Source of the DNA: an uncultured Methanosarcinales archaeon
Lineage (GTDB): Archaea; Nanobdellota; Nanobdellia; Woesearchaeales; JAGVZT01
NCBI GenBank assembly: GCA_964419615.1
Contig: CAYQPU010000040.1
Coordinates: 1-10,603 of the forward strand
Reading direction: 5' to 3'
DNA length: 10,603 bases
Positions 7,385 through 10,603 of the stretch are shown here, one piece after another. Position 1 is the stretch's first letter. Every line of letters begins with the position of its first letter. The translations under genes and the position numbers were made by a program. The notes under the pieces were generated by a model. It was not told the origin of the DNA. It ran no database searches and worked only from the letters and a program-made list of their open reading frames with translations.

Positions 7385-8020
7385 TCATTTAGATTGTGCT
7401 TCATACAACCTATCAAAACACCTTTTTTTAATAAAACTTATCTTCTTTAAGCTCTGCATGGTCTCTTCCAAATCAATCAAAACCCAAGGTAAATTATCTT
7501 TCTGTTTTATTGCTTGATTTACAACAAAGTCCCAATCAAGATTTTTTTCAATTTTTACAGTTGTTTCAATATCTTCATAGTCTCTTTCTCTATTTGTAAT
7601 TGATTTTAATAAAACCAACAATTCAACCATTGGAACATAAAGAGTAAGTTCTCTTTTTCCTATGAAATCATGTCTTTGAACAAAAGAATCAAAATCAAGC
7701 TTGAACCCAAAAACAGACTTCACAAATAAATCAAATCTTTCCTCACCTCTTGAAAAAATCTCTGGTTTTGATTGATTTTCTTTTCTCTTTTTATCATAAA
7801 CATCTACAATTGCAGTTTTCTTATATCCAAGTTCTTCAATAGCTTTGACAAAGATCTTTTTAGATTTCTCATCCTTAAACACAATATCAATGTCTTTTGT
7901 AGTATTCTTATAATTAGAAAACATCATTGCAGTTCCACCAATAGCAAAGCATTCAATACTCTCTTCCAAATATTCTGCAATAAGTTTGAACAATTCTTCT
8001 TGATCTTTTGTGTTGATCAT
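7385..8020 (-). CDS. Nucleotidyltransferase, AbiEii/DUF6036-like (putative type IV TA toxin)
   Basis: IGGTAM...TTKDIDIV is the Pol-beta NTase motif (GG + DxD). It also has ERFDLF and the LLVLLKS...RERDYEDI helix typical of AbiEii-like proteins. ATGA-coupled to the upstream gene. Confidence 0.8.
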   Translation of the reverse strand: MINTKDQEELFKLIAEYLEESIECFAIGGTAMMFSNYKNTTKDIDIVFKDEKSKKIFVKAIEELGYKKTAIVDVYDKKRKENQSKPEIFSRGEERFDLFVKSVFGFKLDFDSFVQRHDFIGKRELTLYVPMVELLVLLKSITNRERDYEDIETTVKIEKNLDWDFVVNQAIKQKDNLPWVLIDLEETMQSLKKISFIKKRCFDRLYEAQSK

Positions 8021-8487
8021 CTTTCATATCTCTTTGGCATTGTTTTGCACTTTGTTATCTTTCTTGTATAATCATATTGTTTATATAGCTTATCCAGCAC
8101 ATTCCGTTGTTTTGCTAGATCAAACAATCTTTTCCAATTAGTAATATGTCTAAACAAATGAGAAACAGCTGTTTTTATTCTAACATCATCAAACTTAAGA
8201 CCATCAACAATTGCATGCTCAACAGTGTATCTTCCATATGTATAATGCTCAAACCAAGGATTAAGTTTCTCAGGTGAATACTTATTAACAACATAAAAAA
8301 ATCCATTCTCCTTGTTTTTAGGTTTGTAATGAACTGTGTATATTCTTTTTTGTCTACCTCCTCCACTCACACTAACTAACCTTTGTTTCTTTAGCTTTGA
8401 TAACTTATTTATAGCAGATTGCCTAGTCAATCCTTGTTTTCTTGCATATAATTCTAGTGTGTATTTTCCTGTTTTTGATGTCATCAT
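8017..8487 (-). CDS. Winged-HTH protein, putative AbiEi-like antitoxin/regulator
   Basis: N-terminal wHTH (LELYARKQGLTRQSAINKLSKLKKQRLV), then Y-T-V-E-H-A-I-V-D resembling the AbiEi C-terminal T.E..LVD motif. TATA at 8515-8508. The start may be the second ATG (8484). Confidence 0.7.
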   Translation of the reverse strand: MMTSKTGKYTLELYARKQGLTRQSAINKLSKLKKQRLVSVSGGGRQKRIYTVHYKPKNKENGFFYVVNKYSPEKLNPWFEHYTYGRYTVEHAIVDGLKFDDVRIKTAVSHLFRHITNWKRLFDLAKQRNVLDKLYKQYDYTRKITKCKTMPKRYER

Positions 8488-8594
8488 ACATTATCTATTT
8501 GGACCATTATATAAATATTTCTATTTCTATATTATATTAAATTGTAATCTACACAAGTTATGCATTTAGACATATCTTCTCAATAAAGTTAAAA

Positions 8595-8624
8595 TACTTA
8601 CAATAAGTACAGATTATTAATATA
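8595..8624 (+). promoter_or_regulatory. Short inverted repeat and TATA box for ORF 8646
   Basis: TACTTA-CAA-TAAGTA (8595-8609), then TTAATATA (8617-8624) ending 21 nt before ATG 8646. Confidence 0.4.
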
Positions 8625-8645
8625 TCAAACTTGATTCCCACTGCT

Positions 8646-9227
8646 ATGATTGATTTTTATGCAGTAGATGGGTATGCATTCCTGAACCAGGAAGAAAATG
8701 ATTTTGAAGGTCATTTTGAAGCATTCTCAAGACTCTTAAAAAGATATGAAAGAGAAAACCTATTGATAAGATTCTTTAAGTTTAATGAAGAGCCTGAAAA
8801 AAAGCTTGAGAGAATCATTAAACAAGGACATGATAGAAAACGATGGGCGCGGTTTGAGGGAGAAGGAAAAGAGCAGCTAATGGAGTTAGGATACGGTCCA
8901 CTTGATGTAATCTTTGCATATCCTTATGCTCCAAATAATAATCATAAAGGGTATAAATTTAATTTTAATGATTGGTTTGACATAAATCCAAAATATCTGG
9001 AAACATTCGGCGCACTAATTATTGATAAAAATCTATCCAAATATGAAGGTCCATTGGTAAACCAATGGCATACTTTTGGTCAAAAAGATGAAAAGCTAAG
9101 AAGGGATGGTGTTTTATGTGTTGCTGTTTTTGAATTCTCTGAAACTAACAAATCAGTGAATGCTGTCCACTGTGCAACCAGAACAAACCCTATCCAAGCA
9201 TTTAGAGAAAAGGGTTTGTTGTTATAA
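8646..9227 (+). CDS. Hypothetical protein (193 aa from ATG 8646)
   Basis: Long open frame. The track's TTG 8631 is only 6 nt past the TATA box, so in-frame ATG 8646 is preferred. No recognised motif. Confidence 0.7.
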   Translation: MIDFYAVDGYAFLNQEENDFEGHFEAFSRLLKRYERENLLIRFFKFNEEPEKKLERIIKQGHDRKRWARFEGEGKEQLMELGYGPLDVIFAYPYAPNNNHKGYKFNFNDWFDINPKYLETFGALIIDKNLSKYEGPLVNQWHTFGQKDEKLRRDGVLCVAVFEFSETNKSVNAVHCATRTNPIQAFREKGLLL

Positions 9228-9272
9228 TAAAAAATAACTCAACACAGGAACTATCAAACATCCCTTTGCATG
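9222..9272 (-). pseudogene. Orphan copy 3 of the TctA-family gene 3' end
   Basis: Translates HAKGCLIVPVLSYFLL*, versus HAMGCLILPVLTYFLM* in the gene. No indels and the same stop position. Confidence 0.9.
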
Positions 9273-9339
9273 CCATCTTTTTGAAAAAAAGCTGGACCAA
9301 AAACTAGTGGGTTTCCTCACTTTGTTCGTCAAGCCCACA
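9273..9339. repeat. Double-hairpin element X
   Basis: CCAtCTTTTT-GAA-AAAAAGcTGG plus ACCAAAAA, then stem GTGGGTTT/AAGCCCAC enclosing CTCACTTTGTTCG. Confidence 0.8.
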
Positions 9340-9390
9340 CTATAATAAAAAATAGGATAACACTGGTAGAATCAAACACCCCATAGCATG
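9340..9390 (-). pseudogene. Orphan copy 2 of the TctA-family gene 3' end
   Basis: Translates HAMGCLILPVLSYFLL*. It has 9 nt differences from the gene copy, 7 of them at third codon positions. Confidence 0.9.
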
Positions 9391-9455
9391 CAAACTTTTT
9401 TCGGAAAAAAGTTTGATCAAAAAAGGATTTTCTCACTTCTTTCGAAAATCATTTA
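9391..9455. repeat. Double-hairpin element Y (homologue of X)
   Basis: Perfect 11-bp stem CAAACTTTTTT-CGG-AAAAAAGTTTG plus ATCAAAAAA, then GATTTTC/GAAAATC stem with CTCACTTCTTTCG spanning its loop. Confidence 0.8.
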
Positions 9456-10603
9456 CTACATTAAGAAATAAGTTAATACTGGAAGTATCAAACACCCCAT
9501 TGCATGGTTTCTCCCAATTTCTTTTAACGGAGCTATTAATCCAATAGCAGCACCAGTAATCAACACAATTATCCCCAAAGGACCATTCAAAATCAAACTC
9601 ATAACAAACACTAAAACGACAATCAACACAACTAATTTCTTATAATTAACCTTAACAATCAGCTTAGAAAACACTTTTGAAAACCACAAAGTTAACAAAA
9701 CAGAAATAGAACCTGCAATTAAAAACACAAAAATCAAAATCAAAAACGAACTCAAATCAATCTCCATTAATTTAGCTATAACAACAATTGTTCCATCTTT
9801 AGCTTTATCTAAAACATAAAACGTAACCAAAGAAAACACAACACTCATTGTACCCATAGCGCCAACTAAAGCTAAATACCCTTTATCCTTAACATCTTTT
9901 ACAATCTGATTGCTAATCACAGCACCTTGTGCAGGTCCAAGCCCTGGAAAAAATTGAATTAAAAAAACAGCAATACTACTTCCCAATATTGCTTTAAACA
10001 AATCTTTGAGTTTAAGATCAATTTTAGTCTCTATTTTCTGTGTAGGAATTTTTGTATTTTCATAATAACTCAAAACAAGTCCAGAAACACCAAACAAACC
10101 AGATAACATTGGAAATAAAGGCTCTTTAAAATTAGGAATAGAAAACACAACTAACCCCAAAGTTCCAGACAACATAAACAAAATAAAACTCCATAATTTC
10201 TTTTGCTCTTTTAGGATCATATAAATCATCAACACCAAAAGCAAATACCCAACATAAGGTTTTAACAAATCATAAACTTTAGTTGCAATTAACATAAAAA
10301 CCGGAATCAACACAATCGCAACAATTAGTCCAATATAAGTTCCAAAAATAGTTATCTTAACAGCTTGATAACCCTCACCATTTAATAACATCTTCTGACC
10401 AGGCAAAACACTTAATGCATTCTCGTTCTCAGGTGCACCAAGATAAATAGATGGAATAGTATCTAGAAAAGAATGCACAACGCTAAGTGAAATAATAAAC
10501 ACAGCCAAGGAAAGAGGAGACATAAAACCTAGTAGCCAAGGCGAAATCGTAAACATTGCAGTTGCAACTAAGTTAACGTGGATACCTGGGATGATGCCTG
10601 TTA
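9456..10603 (-). CDS. Archaeal TctA/DUF112-family (tripartite tricarboxylate transporter-like) membrane protein, 5'-partial
   Basis: The frame stays open upstream of the track's ATG 10556 to the window edge, giving TGIIPGIHVNLVATAMF (family GxxPGxHxN motif). Also HSFLDTIPSIYLGAP, LPGQKMLLNG.G, PMLSGLFG and FFPGLGPAQ. Highly hydrophobic. Confidence 0.88.
   Translation of the reverse strand, partial: TGIIPGIHVNLVATAMFTISPWLLGFMSPLSLAVFIISLSVVHSFLDTIPSIYLGAPENENALSVLPGQKMLLNGEGYQAVKITIFGTYIGLIVAIVLIPVFMLIATKVYDLLKPYVGYLLLVLMIYMILKEQKKLWSFILFMLSGTLGLVVFSIPNFKEPLFPMLSGLFGVSGLVLSYYENTKIPTQKIETKIDLKLKDLFKAILGSSIAVFLIQFFPGLGPAQGAVISNQIVKDVKDKGYLALVGAMGTMSVVFSLVTFYVLDKAKDGTIVVIAKLMEIDLSSFLILIFVFLIAGSISVLLTLWFSKVFSKLIVKVNYKKLVVLIVVLVFVMSLILNGPLGIIVLITGAAIGLIAPLKEIGRNHAMGCLILPVLTYFLM

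Noticed and set aside
424-8569. Shadow ORFs 424-672, 3678-3911, 4591-4839, 4967-5206, 5675-5878, 5805-6017, 7772-8071, 8175-8366 and 8336-8569
   Set aside because: Each lies antisense to or in another frame of a better-supported gene and has no protein-like motifs.
8631-8645. TTG start at 8631
   Set aside because: It lies only 6 nt after the TATA box. ATG 8646 fits the spacing seen at the other promoters.
9273-9455. Canonical integron attC sites
   Set aside because: The loop recalls some attC central regions, but I find no RYYYAAC/GTTRRRY terminal boxes and no single long palindrome across the element.
9222-9506. Diversity-generating retroelement TR/VR pair
   Set aside because: Mismatches are not restricted to adenines on either strand (C/T, C/G and G/T-type changes occur), they follow codon position, and no reverse transcriptase is in the window.
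9222-9506. CRISPR array
   Set aside because: Only two divergent ~66-nt hairpin units, the intervening segments are homologous to each other and to the adjacent gene, and there are no cas genes.

Overview
AT-rich archaeal window, probably DPANN (Woesearchaeota/Pacearchaeota-like). That assignment is inferred from archaeal TATA boxes at leaderless spacing, a GGTGA Shine-Dalgarno, a fused double T2SS-F protein and an archaeal TctA/DUF112 protein. Left to right: a possible tRNA 3' tail, a NUDIX hydrolase, an HD-domain protein, a hypothetical, a diacylglycerol-kinase-family protein, a hypothetical, a stand-alone TadC/ArlJ-like pilus platform protein (-), a secreted membrane-anchored Ig-like protein, an AbrB-RelE toxin-antitoxin pair (-), a ~116-nt GC-rich multi-hairpin element resembling an IS200/IS605 end, an AbiE-like wHTH + nucleotidyltransferase pair (-), a hypothetical, and a 5'-truncated TctA-family gene (-). 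The most unusual feature is at 9222-9506. The last 16 codons plus stop of the TctA-family gene occur three times in tandem (period 116-118 bp) as indel-free, mostly synonymous variants. All three break at the same GCATG junction and are separated by two homologous ~66-nt double-hairpin elements with conserved pairing and a conserved loop. This looks like serial insertion of tiny gene-end-replacing cassettes.
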